From Lama glama (lineage: Eukaryota): a stretch of 64,000 nt of DNA. The translations under genes and the position numbers were made by a program. This document shows, piece by piece, positions 12,995 through 26,265 of the stretch (its first letter is position 1; every line of letters starts with the position of its first letter). The stretch covers positions 95,048,001 through 95,112,000 of the forward strand of contig CM052817.1 in NCBI GenBank assembly GCA_028534125.1. The letters run 5' to 3'. The notes beneath the pieces were generated by a model. That model saw only the letters and a program-made list of their open reading frames with translations. It searched no databases and was not told the DNA's origin.

Positions 12995-13800
12995 AATTCA
13001 AGAGTTGAGTTTCATCAATATGGCAGGCTATACACTAAAACCCTCTTGCTAGGTCAACTAAAAATGCTGGGAAAAATTACACAAACTTAAAAAAAAAAAC
13101 AGCTAAGCGCATATAAAAGAAAAATATCCACATTCCAGGAATAATGAAGGAACTGAAAACCTGACCTGCAAATGAGTAGGCTATCCTGTGCTTGCCTCAA
13201 TGGCGGGTGGTGAGGAGCAGCTGCAATCTAGGAGTTTGGTTTTCAAGGGAAAGCAAAGGATCAATGACAACCTGGCTCTTGCAAGATGGAGAATTGAAAC
13301 TAAGATCTCGACATAAAATTGGAAGGGCTAAACTCTCAGGTGGGGGAAAGAAATCTGCCCACCAGCAAAAGAAGGCTATAGACAATAGGGACACTAGTTT
13401 ATTTGTGCTTGGGCTCTGAGTGGGGAAAATAAATCCCCTGAGAATTCATAACATGGGCCTGCACTATCCAGAGGACTGAATTTACATCACATGTCATCTA
13501 GCAAGCCACACGTCAAGAAATTACAGAGAACTGAGTCCTAAACTAGGGATCCCCTAGGCACACAAAAGTAAATCCCAAACTGTCCTGGAATAACCTTCTT
13601 AACGCAGCCGGCACAGGAGCTTTTTAGATAAAGCCCTGCTGAAGACGAGCTCACAATCCAAGATCTCAAAACAAGAGAAAACAATCCATATGCATATACT
13701 ATAGGCGGATTCAGTAGCCAAAAAGCCCAGCAGATTAAAACCTAAGAAATTAACACAACAGACATGATAAGAGTCTACTAATTATGACTAAAAGAATTAT
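12995..13800 (+). mobile_element. Old L1 5'-region fragment
   Basis: A-rich text such as AGATAAAGCCCTGCTGAAGACGAGCTCACAATCCAAGAT resembling L1M 5' UTR/ORF1 leaders. Confidence 0.45.
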
Positions 13801-14329
13801 CATAACCAATTAGTCTAAAATTCCCCCACATTTTGCCAACTACTACAAATTCTGCATTCCTTAACATACAGAAAAATGAAAAATGAGTGAGCAGCTACTA
13901 AGGGAAAGATTAATAACTGCATTTTGAGGAAAGATCAAGGCAAACCCAGAAATATAAAACACTGAATTATTTGCCACTGAATTACTTTGAAACCATGTAA
14001 TAATATAAAGTTGCATTTAATAGCTACTGCAGGGAAAAATGACCTCAAATGTGTAAATTGAGGCTCTTTCCTCAAAAGTATCTGCCAAAACGTTGATGCA
14101 GAGTAAGAAGCTACCTGTAGAGGATCTGGAGGGTGCGGGTGTATACATCAAAGTTAATAGGGTAGTTTGAAAGTTGGGAGAGGTGGTGGTGAAGAAAAGT
14201 GTTATACTTTAAATGTGTTTCTATTCTAACTATTTGTGATGCTTTATAAATTAATGATCAATATATTCACTATTGTCTCCTAACCTAATTTATTCTCCTG
14301 AGGCCCCCACAAGAGAGACACCCATATAA

Positions 14330-14800
14330 ACATCTCAGCATGGTACCAATATGTGTTGATTATCCTTAACCTAAACTTAAACTTTCTGCCTAGCCATAAT
14401 TAAACAATGAATCTTGTCTATTTTATATTTCCAGTCATTTCTTGCAACTTCTACTGCCACATTCCCATCTGGCCCCTCATCACATCACACCTGAGTTTAT
14501 CACTAAGTCATCAAATATTTGACTGCAAGCTTACCATGTATCAAGTACTATTGTTCTAGATGCTACATTATTTCAAAGGTTTCAGAACCTGTCTTTATTG
14601 CTTCCAGTGCTTCCTGCTCCAGTTGATTCTTACTGATTTAATCTTCTTAAAACACGTATCATTCATCTGTCTGTTCAAAAATCCATCAATATTTCCCTGA
14701 AAGAAGATACAGGCCAAACTTTTGACTTGACATTAAAAAGCCTTCCAAAATATGCCCCAAGACCATCTTTCTAAAGTTTTTGCTCATCTCTCTCCTAAAT
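14330..14800 (+). mobile_element. L2 fragments
   Basis: Pyrimidine-rich L2-like text (ATCTTCTTAAAACAC...GTTCAAAAATCCATCAAT...CCAAACTTTTGACTTGACATT). Confidence 0.5.
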
Positions 14801-14849
14801 GTTTACTTGCATTAGTTTGGGAGGCAGTGTCTTCCAAATAAGACATATA

Positions 14850-17800
14850 GATTTCTTCCTTGCAGAGAATCAAACTGAATGGTGAAAAAAAACAAAACAA
14901 TTATAATTACCGAAAACATAACAAATATAAGGATATGAAATGGTGTGAAGTAGAAGAATGGAAAAAGATAAAACATTCAAATACTAATCAAAAGAAAACT
15001 AGCGCACCCTTATTAAATCTGACAAAGCAGATTTTACGGCAAAAAACATTACTAGAGGCAAAGAAGTACACTTCATAATAAATGATTTAATTAATCAAAA
15101 AGATATAATTCCAAGTATGTATGTGCTTAATAATATAGCCTCAAAATACATAAAGAGAAATTTGACAGAATTATTAGAAAAAGCTGACAAATCCACAATC
15201 ATATGGAAGATTTTCATACAACTTTCTTATTAATGGATAGAATAAGCAGACAAAATAATCAGTACAATATATGTTGGATAACACAATAAACCTGACCTAA
15301 TTGACATATATGGAGCACTGTACCCCAAAACTACAGAATAAATATGATTTGTATGAAACATTAATGAAAACTGAGCATATGCTGAGCTATTAAAGCAAGT
15401 TTCAACAAATTTCAAAAATGTTCTTCCACAGAGTAAATGTGCTTGAAATCAATGATAAAAGAATACTTTGAAAATACCCATGTATTTGGACAGAAAATTA
15501 GGAAATGTAATTCTAATGGGAGAGGGTATAGATCAATGGCAGAGAGCATGCTTAGCATGCATGAGGTCCTGGGTTTCAATCCCTAGTACCTCTATTAAAA
15601 TAAATAAGTAAATAAATAAACCTAATTCACCTCCCCCTAAAAATAAATAAATAAGTAAATATGATTTCTAAAAAAAACAAAAGAAAGAAATATAATTCCG
15701 AATAAGTCATGGGTCAAAGAGAAACATTCTTACAGGAATTAGAAAATATTCTAATATTTGACAATGGATAATTATGAATTAAACGATATCAAATCAACCA
15801 GAGCTGTTCTTAGAGGGAAACTTACAGCAAGTGCATATTTTGGAAAAGAGGAATGCTGCAAATCATTAATCTAATCTAATTAATACACCTCAGAAAGAAA
15901 GACAGGCAAATTAATTAAGCCCAAAGAAAATAATAAGGGGCACAAATTAATAAAATAGGACAAATATGCGTGATAGAGAGCCTGAACAGAACCAAAAGTT
16001 GGTTCTTAGAAAAAGTAATAGAATTGGTAAGTTTCTGCTGAGGCTGACAAAAAGGAAAAATGAGACATCATAAATAACCAAATTCAGGAATGATGAGGGA
16101 TCTAACACTACAGATCCCACAGATGTTATAAAGACCATAAAATGGTAATGAACAACTTTATGACAAGTAACTTGAAAATGTAGACGAAAAGGATAAACTT
16201 CCAGGAAGATACAAATTACCAAAACCTATACAAGAGAAAGTAAAAATGTCTAAATATTTCTCCATCTATTTAGAATTAGAAATCAAATTTATAATTACAT
16301 CCTCACCGTGAATTTTATAAATCACCTAAGGAATTATTCTAATCTCACACAAACTCTTCCAGAAAATAGAAAAAATTTTAAAAAGCTTTCCCATTCATTA
16401 TATGAAGCCAAAATAATTCCAATAACAAAACATGACAAGGACAGTACAAAAAAGGAATATCACAGGTCCTTCTCACTCATGATGAAGAAGTCCTAAACTA
16501 ATTTTTAGCAAATACAGTGATTCACAAAAAAGGATAATGCTCATATTGAAGTTGGATTTATTCCAGGAAAGATGGTTGATTTAACATTCAAAAAGAATCC
16601 AACATAATTCAACATACTACAAAATAAAGGGGAAAAAATCTTATGGTTATTTCAACAGGTACAAGAAAAGCATTTTATACACTTAACATACATTCATGAT
16701 TTAAAAACAAAAATTTCTGGTAAAGTAGAAGTACAAGGGTCTAGAATTAACTTTATTAAAGGTTTCTTTAATAAAGCTTTAAGCTTTAATAAGCAAACAA
16801 ACATCATACAAAGTGGTGAAATCTTGAAAGCTTTCCCATTGGAATCAGAAACAAAAAAAGAATGACTGTTCTCAATATTTTCTATCTAACATCTCAAGCT
16901 TGTATCCAATACATTGCAGGAGGATGTAGCTAGTACAATAAGGAAAGAAAATAAATAAAAGGCATAAGAAAAGGAAAAGAAGAAATAAAATGGTCATCAT
17001 TTAGAAATGCAAAAAAAAATCCAAAAGAATCTACAGAAAATTCTAATTAGGAGGTAAGTTAGAAAGTTGCTGGATATAAAGTCAAGATACAAAAATCAGT
17101 TTTATTTCAATTTACCAAAAAATTTTTTTTAAGGTTTCATTTATAATAGCATCAAAAATTATCAAATTCCTTGCAATAAATCTATAAAAGATGTACAAGA
17201 TGTCTCCCTAGAAAACTATAAAACATTATTGAAAGAAATTAAAGACTCAAATATATGGAGTCTTCTGTAACTTGGAAGATAATATTGTAAAAGTGTCAGT
17301 TACAAAATTGATCTATAGATTCAAAGCAATCCCAATAAAAGTTCTATCCAGTTTGTGTGTGTGTCCACGCTTGCACACACATAATCTGATACGCTGAATA
17401 TAAAATGTATATAAAAATGAAAAACGCCAAGATCAATTGAGACACTGTTAAGAAAGAACAAGCTGGAAGCACTTGATCTACGTGATATCAGAATGTATTA
17501 CAAATCAATAGTAATAAAGACAGTACAGTTCTGATGCAAGAACAGACATATTGGATAGAGCAGAGAGCTCAAAAACACACCACACACATGTGGATACTTG
17601 ATTTGAAATGAAGGTGGCATTGTAGAGCTGTGGGGAGAGAGCATCTTCAGGGAATGGTGCTGGGTTAGCTGTATATCCATATAAGGAAGGAAAAATTGAA
17701 ATTTAGCTCCTATCACCTAAGGTGAATTGAAGATCTAAATCTGCACAACAAAGCAAATGTAGCTTTTAGAAGGTAATATAAAAGAATATCTTCACAATGC

Positions 17801-18830
17801 TCAGGTTGGATCGTGCACAAAAATATACTAAACATCATGGAAAAGGTTAATAAATTGGTTTACATTAAAAGTAGGAATTTCTGTTTATTAAGAGATTCCA
17901 CCTTTAAGAGAAGGAAAAGGCAAACCATAGAGTAGAAGATAGTTACAATATTTATAACCGTCAAAGCATTTATAACCAGAATATGTGAAGCTCTTTTAAA
18001 AATCAGTAAGGGAAATAAAGGCAAATTTTAAAAATGAACAAAAGACTAGAGTACTTCACAAAAGAGGCTATCCAAATTGATAACAAACATACGAAAAGTG
18101 GCTTGACCTTATTAGTTATTAGGGAACAGAAAATTAAAACTGCAGTAAGATAACACTACACTTACCCAAGTGGCTAAAATTTAAAAGACTAACAATACTA
18201 AAGACTGGTGAGTATATGGAGCAACAGGAACCCTGCTGCTGAGATGAGAATGGGTACATACACTGGAAAATGACCAGGCATTATCTACAAGCAATGAGCA
18301 TATGTACACACTTTGGGCGAAGTATTTGGCTCCTATATACATGTCTAATGGAAATGCACACACAATATGAGTCGGAAGACAGGTACCAGAGTTTCATAAT
18401 AGTATTATTTGTAATAGCTTCAACTATTTCAATAACCAACAACAGTAGAATGAATAAATAAATTTTGGTATATTCTTACAATAGAATACTATGTATACAG
18501 CCGTAGAGATGAACAGTAAGATGCTATAGTAACACTCATATATATTACAAAAATCATGCTGAACAAAAGAAAACCAACACAAAACATATTGTACACTTGT
18601 ATATACATATGTATAAAATGAATATTACATTAAACATAGGTGAAACTTAGCTACACCATTTGACTTGAGGTAGATTTAATCTTGGGGAGGAGGAAGGGAA
18701 TAGTGGTTGAGACAGGACACGAAGAGGGCTTCCAAGGAGATATCCTAATCTCTGGCAATGTACATGGGTGTCCACCTTGAGCTAATTCATTGAGCTAGTG
18801 TTTGGTGCACTTCACTGTATAGACAGTATG
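14850..18830 (+). mobile_element. Degenerate ~4 kb old L1 (ORF2 endonuclease/RT remnants plus 3' UTR)
   Basis: ORF2-like translations (WKKIKHSNTNQKK; HSLYEAKIIPITKHDKDSTKKEYHRSFSLM), strong A-skew, collinear through to the 3' UTR, many stops. Confidence 0.9.
15518..15684 (+). mobile_element. tRNA-derived camelid-type SINE inserted in the old L1
   Basis: GGGAGAGGGTATAGATCAATGGCAGAGAGCATGCTTAGCATGCATGAGGTCCTGGGTTTCAATCCC with A/B-box-like motifs, an A-rich tail, and a degenerate TSD (GAAATGTAATTCT / GAAATATAATTCC). Confidence 0.85.

Positions 18831-18831
<1 letters not shown>

Positions 18832-18863
<32 letters not shown>
18832..18863. repeat. (CA)n microsatellite
   Basis: Direct reading. Confidence 0.95.
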
Positions 18864-18865
<2 letters not shown>

Positions 18866-20099
18866 TAAAAAGGAAAAAGGCTGATAAAAATCAGTCAAAG
18901 ATTACACAGATAGGATTCAGGTGCTCATAAATTCCTGTGCTACTGATTACTTCCTTTTATCTTGGGAACAATAGAAATTTTCACACACAAGGCCACTCTA
19001 TTAAAATAATATTTCTTATTATACTCACTAGCTACACAAAGTGCATATGCAAAATGGTTACTATTCTTTAAAACAAGAAATTGCACTTACATTTTTTCTG
19101 CATATCACTAGTATATTTCATGCTTAAGTTAATATATCTTTAAAAGGGATTATAGTATGATTAATATCGTTTTAAAGACTTCTTCATTTCTAAAAGAAGT
19201 CATTCTTATTTTGAATCCAAAAATAATTAGATGTAAGATAAGCACAAAATGGACTCATAGGAATCAAGTTGTATTTCTACTAATGATGATTTTGTTTAAA
19301 CACACAACATGCCATATTCCAAGAATGCAAATATTTTTGTAATGGCCCCTTGAGAGCCTTATTTGGAGCTGTGTACGATTTCTGATGTTCTTGTTTACAA
19401 ATGGATTTTTCTAAGAATTCTCTTTGTTATCTTAATCTCTGGAATGGAAGGAGGGAACCTGGAACAACAAACTCAAATTGGGAGCATGTTTCTGTGATTC
19501 CACGAGCATTGTCCTCTGAGGAATGTCCTTTGGAAAAGCACAGATTTCCACCCAACTATAGCCTTCTCCAAGGCCCAATCTTAATTATATAAAACAAATA
19601 TTAATTAAATATTGTGACTTATATAAAATGGGTTTCAAAAAGTAGTTTTTAACTCCATAGTTGTCTTCATAGCTTCTAATGGTGGTGGGTGTTAGGCCAT
19701 CCATATTGCATCTTTCTTCCTCCAAAGTTTTAATTACAGCATTAAATGCAAGAAGTATATAAGGGTAGGGGTATAAAATTAGTTACCCTATATGTAACAG
19801 GATAAGATAACTTGCACCCCATCCCACCCTACCTTTCTTCTGTCTTGTAACTTCCTGATGCTGCATGTTACTGAAGTTAACTCCCTGCTTGCTGTCGTCT
19901 GAATGTCACCTCCTCATTCCTCCACAGATTTGTAGATTTTCATGCCTAAAATGCCCTTCCGTTTCATCTCTCTCTACTTAAATCTGCACATTGCTCTGGA
20001 ACCAGAGTGTCAATTTAGGAAGACTTCTTCCCCACTCCTGATATCCCAACTAAGAGGAAATTCAGTTCCTATTCTCTGAGCCTCTCTCCACCCCTTTTC

Positions 20100-20330
20100 T
20101 CCATCCCTGAGGAGGTAAACATTTGATTTGTTAATATGGGAATAATTGAGACTGTATGGCTCAGTTCCATACCTTCTAGGGAGCTTCCTGACCCATTCAA
20201 TGCAACCATCTGTGACATGAGTCTTAGGGATTCATTATTAGAAAAGCCCAAATTAGCTAACACTCAAGATTTATTTAAGTCACTGTGGTAGGGATTTCTG
20301 TTATTCATAACTAAATATAATCCTGACACA
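20100..20330 (+). mobile_element. Old MaLR (MLT1) LTR 3' part
   Basis: TTTAAGTCACTG...GATTTCTGTTATTCATAACTAAATATAATCCTGACA resembles MLT1 termini. Confidence 0.5.
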
Positions 20331-20389
20331 GTAGTTTTTGTGAAGATAAGATGAAAGGTTTGGAATTATGTCAGTGCAAAGTGTTATAT

Positions 20390-21170
20390 CTACTGCATGC
20401 CTACTAGATGCTGAGAATTATAATACAAATATGGAAGATAAATAAGACTGGCTCCTTGTTTTCAATATACAATATATACAATATCACATTCATATGTGAG
20501 TACAGTACTGGCGGATTACATAAACACTGAGGGGCTTTAGAATAAAAGAATGAACAAAAACATATCAGATTAAAATCAGTTAAGTGAAGGCATTCAAGGG
20601 AGTGACTTTGAGCTAGTTTCTGCCCAGAAAAGTGACATCAACTGACAGAGTAGTGACTAGATTAAAGGCCATTAGATGTTACATACAAAAGAGTGAAAAT
20701 AAGAATGAGGGACTTGTGTGCATAAAACAGGCAAGCATGCTTGCTTGGCTAGAGTGAAAAAGACTGAGAATAACGAAAAAAAAAAGAGATTATAAAAAGG
20801 TAGGGAAGATGTATGCTCTTGAAGGAATGCCAGAGGACTTATTTATAAAGGTAAATTTACACAGGTAATGTGGAATTAGTATCAATATTTACAGAAAGCC
20901 ACACGGAATACTGTTTGGATCATTTTATTTCAGCCTAAACTAAAGACCAATGGTTCAGCTGGGAGCTCCCTGAAATTGGTCTAGAATGACGTGAATGGGG
21001 TGAAACTGAAAGTGATCATTAACGTGGGGTTGGAGGTACTGAGTATGGAAAGATGAAGTGGAAGAGTCAAAGTGACACCCGAATACCAGTCTAGCAGTTG
21101 AAAATTTCAAGAAAGAAATGATGAATTTTGTTCCAAACAGCCCAGATGATGGGAAGAGATGAAAGAAAAC
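20390..21170 (-). mobile_element. Degraded L2 fragment
   Basis: Antisense L2-like purine-rich text (AATAAGACTGGCTCCTTG...GTGACTTTGAGCT...GGAAGAGTCAAAGTGACAC). Confidence 0.45.
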
Positions 21171-23526
21171 TTCTGAAGAATAGGATCCTTGAATCTCCTA
21201 TTATTACTGAATGCTACCTTTAAAAATAAGCACTGTTTTAAAATAAAAAGTAAAACTTTTCTTTGTCTTTGGAAGACACCTGAGTGTGTTATAACTTAAT
21301 CACTGGATGGCTTGTTAGCCTCCTTTTACCTACACTACCCTCTAGGTTCATTTTATCTCCATATCCATTAAACATGTGATTCTTATAAATTTTAACAGTT
21401 GAAAAACAAACAGTTGGCTGAACTCTCTGCTTCAGTCTTCTGGATACTTTGCTTCTTGGTAAGTGATCAGTATTTTGATACTGCTGTAGTAAAACAGGAA
21501 ATGATCTGTTAAAATCTGGATCTCCAGCTATAGATGAATGCCAGGGTAAAGAGGAGAGCGAGTCCCAGAATAAAGTCTATAAAAACAGTTGGGGGAGGTA
21601 TTTCTAGGACCACAGGGAGAGAATCGTAATTTGCTCTCAACATCAGAAAAGCAAATGCATTGTGGAAAAACATCTTACGGTGATCACTGAACTGCAGCAG
21701 TGGAAAGTTTACAGCCGTAAATGCAGTAATTAAAACAGTTGAGATGGTAAATACTAGAGCTTCAATTATACATGATGTAAAATACCATTTCCTGAAATAA
21801 TAATTCACTCAGAAGAAGATTTCATAAACAGGTAGACTACTTCTAAATTGGTGTAAGTAAGTAATTAAAAATAATTAATTTTGCTTATGTTGGCAAAATA
21901 GTAAATTGGTTCTATTAACCAGAAAGGACAAGAGAAGACAAACAAGGGTGGTAGGATTAACCATGGGAAAAGGGGAGGGTACTTTCACATAAAACTGAAA
22001 AACAGACTGGTTATATTACTAAAAAACAACTTTAACTTTTTATATAAAATTACCATGGATTATAGATATTTTCTTAGAGTGGAGGCAGTTCTAATTAATT
22101 AGCCTTAAGATTTGTTTTGTTAATAGAATAATTCATTATTATGGATAATTAATAAGCTAATCCCTGAGGCTTTTTTCGTTGTTGTCTTCCTCTCTCTAAT
22201 GCTTTCTAGACACCATTGCACAGAAGCAGGCCCAACTAAATGGCAGGTTATAAAGCACAGACAGCGTCCTTGTGGATGGCTGGTAAATAGCCTAGTGCAG
22301 CAAACACTTCCAAACACCATACCCTAGGGAGTCACAGCGGACGGGGGGACATTGCCCACAGCCAGGGCAATGTGGGCAAAAGAAGAGAATCTTAGTTTAA
22401 AAGAGCCACAAAGCAAAATCATCTCCAAACAACCACAACTACAAAGTACTGCTTCCCCTAATGCTTTAACATATTTTACAAATTTTATCATTTTAAAAAG
22501 GTAATTGATGAAATAAGCTAATAGCCAAGAATTCAATTAAAAATGACATACAACAGGCCAACACTATTAAGAATTTAGAGCAGTAAAATTTTCTAAGACA
22601 CTAGAAAACATATTTGTATCTGATTCATAAAATTTTATCCTCATAAAAATTTATACTGTAGTGTATAATCTATACGAAACTCGTAGTCATAATGGCTAAA
22701 AAAACAGAAGGCATGGTGTTTAAAAGTAGTTTCCAAGATTGGTCTGTGTTTTAATTGTTGGAACTTTTCAAATGAGGGCAAATGTACAAAACATCACTGG
22801 ATTCCTAACACACAAATCATCTGTTTCAAATTAATTGTTGTTATTCATAGAAAAACAATGATAGTTTGAATTCAAGAATATGCCTGAAAAGTGAATAACT
22901 AGCTGATATCACAAATAGTCTTTCTTTCCAAAATTCCCCCTCCTCCACAGTATCTTCTTCAGTTTCACCTCCAGCTTCCTGAACAGGAAGTCAACTCTCT
23001 GTACTCTGCACTTCCACCCACCTCTTAGAGAGCTCACCACTCTAATATCTGATTTGGTTATCAGAGATCTATGATTTCCCCTAGTAGACTATAAAAACTG
23101 GAAAGCAAGGTCTGCATCAGTTTAACTTGGTTTCCTTATTACATCTAATTCAACATTCAATATCCATTAGTCTTTTTAGAGCTGAGTATTTCTTAGTCTT
23201 CAAAGAACTCCTGTATTTTATTTTCCAGTTTTATATAGAGTTTCTTGTGACAAGATTTCCTCAGGTAATAAACTGATTATCAAAGTGTCTAATACTTCAA
23301 TTACATGTGAAATTTAAAAATTTCTATCTTACAACTGCACAGTTTGATCAGCAAAAACATGTACTGATGAATCAGTGAATTTGCTGTCACTGTTTTAACT
23401 GTTAAAATGGCTTTTCAATGTTAATTTTTTATTCTCAGATCTATACAGTAAGAAATATAACTACATAAAATCTAGCATTTTTGGATGATTCCTACGTGAA
23501 ACAGGGAGAATAAGCTACTTCTTAAA

Positions 23527-24465
23527 TCAGCTTTACTGAGGTATGATTGACATGCAATTAACTGCACATATTTCAAATGTATAATTTGGTAAATTCTGGC
23601 ATATGTATATAGCTGTGAAACCAGTACCACAGTCAGGATAATGAACATTTCTCTCATCACCACCTCCACCAAAATTCACCCCTTCTCATTTCTCTCCACT
23701 CCCTGTCCTATGCAACCACTGATATGCTTTCTATCACTTGATAAGTTCGTATTTTCTAGAATTAAAAAAAAATAACAGAATCATACATTATATCCTCTTT
23801 TTCTGTATGGCTACTTTCTAACAGCATAGTTATTTTGGAAATTTATTCATGTGTTGCATGTATTAATTAAACATACATTTATTTTTATTCCTGAGTAGTA
23901 TTCTATTATTAGGATTGACCACAATCTGCTTGTATATTCTCCTGCTGATCAACACTGAGTTGTTTCCAATTTTTAGGTACTACAAATAAAGCTGCTATCA
24001 ACATTCATGTGCAAGACTTTGTATGGATATATGCTTTCTTTTCTCTTGGCGAAATACCTGTAAGTCGAATGGCTGGGTCACATAATAGTGTGTGTTTAAC
24101 TTCTTAAGATTATCAAACTGTTTTCCAAAGTGGTTATACATTAATTACATCCTCATCAGCAGTTTGAGGCGAGGTCCAGTCCCTCCATATCTTTGCTAAC
24201 ACTTGCAACTGTCTTTTTAATCATAGTCATTCTAGTGGCTGTGAAATGGTATCTCATTGTGATTTTAATTTGCCTTTCATTAACATCCGGTAATGTTAAG
24301 CATCTTTTCATAAGCTTTTTTGCCAATCATATGTCTTCTCTTGTGAAGTGACTTTAATAAATCTTTGGATCACTTTAATTGGATTGTTTGTCTTCTTCCA
24401 GTTAAATGGAAGTTCTTTATATATTGTAGATACAAATCCTTTATTGACTATATAATTTGCACTTT
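23527..24465 (-). mobile_element. L1MB-like 3' end
   Basis: CAGCTTTACTGAGGTATGATTGACAT...TGAAACCAGTACCACAGTCAGGATAATGAACATT and ORF2 C-terminal remnants (STIYKEL...KKTNNPIK). Confidence 0.85.
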
Positions 24466-26059
24466 TGAAAGAGAGAAATGAAACTGCTTCAGATAATGCT
24501 GCTTTGCTAATGTAGCACATGGTCTATCTGTACTTCAATTAATTCTTAAGATAAGGGGAAGCATCACCCCCATAATCCTCGGGTACCAAATTTCCCATGC
24601 CTTAGTGGGAAATTCAGCTACCAAATTTCCCATGCCGGCTGGCTTATGAAAAATAGGGAAAGGGAATAGAAGTAGAAAACATACTGATGTTCTCAACATT
24701 CTTCTTAATCCCTCCTAATTTTAGGAGTTTCTTCGCAAACCATTAGTAGTAGGAAATAGCAGACTGGATCATGTAAATGATAATTAGTTCTCCTCCTTTT
24801 TTCTTGTAAGCAAATTTTTAAAAAGCAGTTAGCAAGTAGTAACATTATTACTAATAAAATCTCCTGTACTTTTTATTAGATTTCTCTGTCTCTTAGACTA
24901 AGACCCTGTTATTTACATGAATGTTTTCCTTATCAGACTAACACAGAACATCGAATACAGTGCCAAGTATATATTGCTCTTCTTATTTCCTTGGTTCTCT
25001 CCTTTTCTTTTAATTCCTGTCCATGTGTTTTCCTTCAATCCTCTCTTCTTCTCTTTCCAGCAGCCCACATCTGTACTCAGGAGTAATCTGCTGATCTCAG
25101 ATGAGTTTTGGTTACAGACGTTTTGGTGATCATATAGCCACCTACCACGCTTCGTACTTTAAAGACAATGAAATGAAAATGACAGACTCTTTGTGGAACT
25201 CATAAAAAGAAGAGCTGAGATACTGCTGAGTGAAAAATAAAATCTTCATTTTTAAAATAGTATCCATGTATTAATACTCTGCCAGAATAAACCAAACACA
25301 TAATTCTTTTTTAAACTTTGCTAATTTAAGACTTCAGTCTACCCAGTAATGCAAGAACCTCTAAGGAATCTTTCCCAAACAAGAGCCAGTATGAGGAAGT
25401 TCTGTGGCTAAAATAATCATCCTCCCCAAAAGTACAGATATGCAGGAGGGGGTGGGGGGTGAGGTATTCAGAATCAAACCTACTCATGTTAAACCATGGA
25501 AAGAAAACTCGTTTAAGTGCCTTTAAAATATTGTTATATGTAAAGAACAATTTTATATATTTTTAAAATTTTCATGAGATACATTATCCCTCAGGGAATG
25601 CTTCAGTGTCAGACACAAATTTGAAACTACTCTATAAGCAGTATTAGAATTAGGATAAACAGTAGATTATATAGGCAATCTCTGACATAGTATCAGGATA
25701 AAGACAAACCAAGCACTAAAAATATTTCATGGAAGTAATTATGACACAATTAATTATATTCCCCAAATCAGAATGGTTCTCATCAGACACCTAATGCTAA
25801 GCTTATGTTCACACAGTTTTTTAAAAGGCCCAATATTAAAAGAAGATTCCTCTGGTTAAAAAATGATGGTAATAATTTTTGCCTATTAAAGATAATATCT
25901 TGACAAAACATAGTTTTGTTCTCAAACATGAGGTAAATCATTACTCTAATACATGATCACTATATGAAATAATTATCCTGTTAGTAAAAAATTGTGTACA
26001 TCTTTAAAATTTTCAGTTCAACTGGTTTTCTTTTGGTATAAGAAAAAACTTAATGATTC

Positions 26060-26265
26060 ATTTTTGGTAATATAAAATATGTGAGCTTTATTATATGTTA
26101 AAGAAAATAAAGACAGTATGACCCAGAATTTATTAAAGTTACAATAAAATACTTTTCAATGCATACAAAATTGCAAAATAATTGATGTTTATTTCAATAA
26201 AGATATCAGATTTAATATTTACTGACAAGATAAAGATGTTTAATGACTTTTGTTCTGTTCCAAGG
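26060..26265 (-). terminator. ANAPC10 proximal 3' UTR with three AATAAA poly(A) signals
   Basis: Minus-strand AATAAA (plus TTTATT) at 26188-26193, 26129-26134 and 26087-26092, with TGTA elements between them and a U-rich tract beyond the last. The true cleavage site is not determinable. Confidence 0.7.

Noticed and set aside
15518..15592. tRNA gene (also 57048-57121)
   Set aside because: The tRNA-like head is followed by an A-rich tail and TSD, with a degenerate cloverleaf, so it is a SINE.
24584..24636. CRISPR-like repeat-spacer-repeat
   Set aside because: Only two 18-bp copies, mammalian context, no cas genes.
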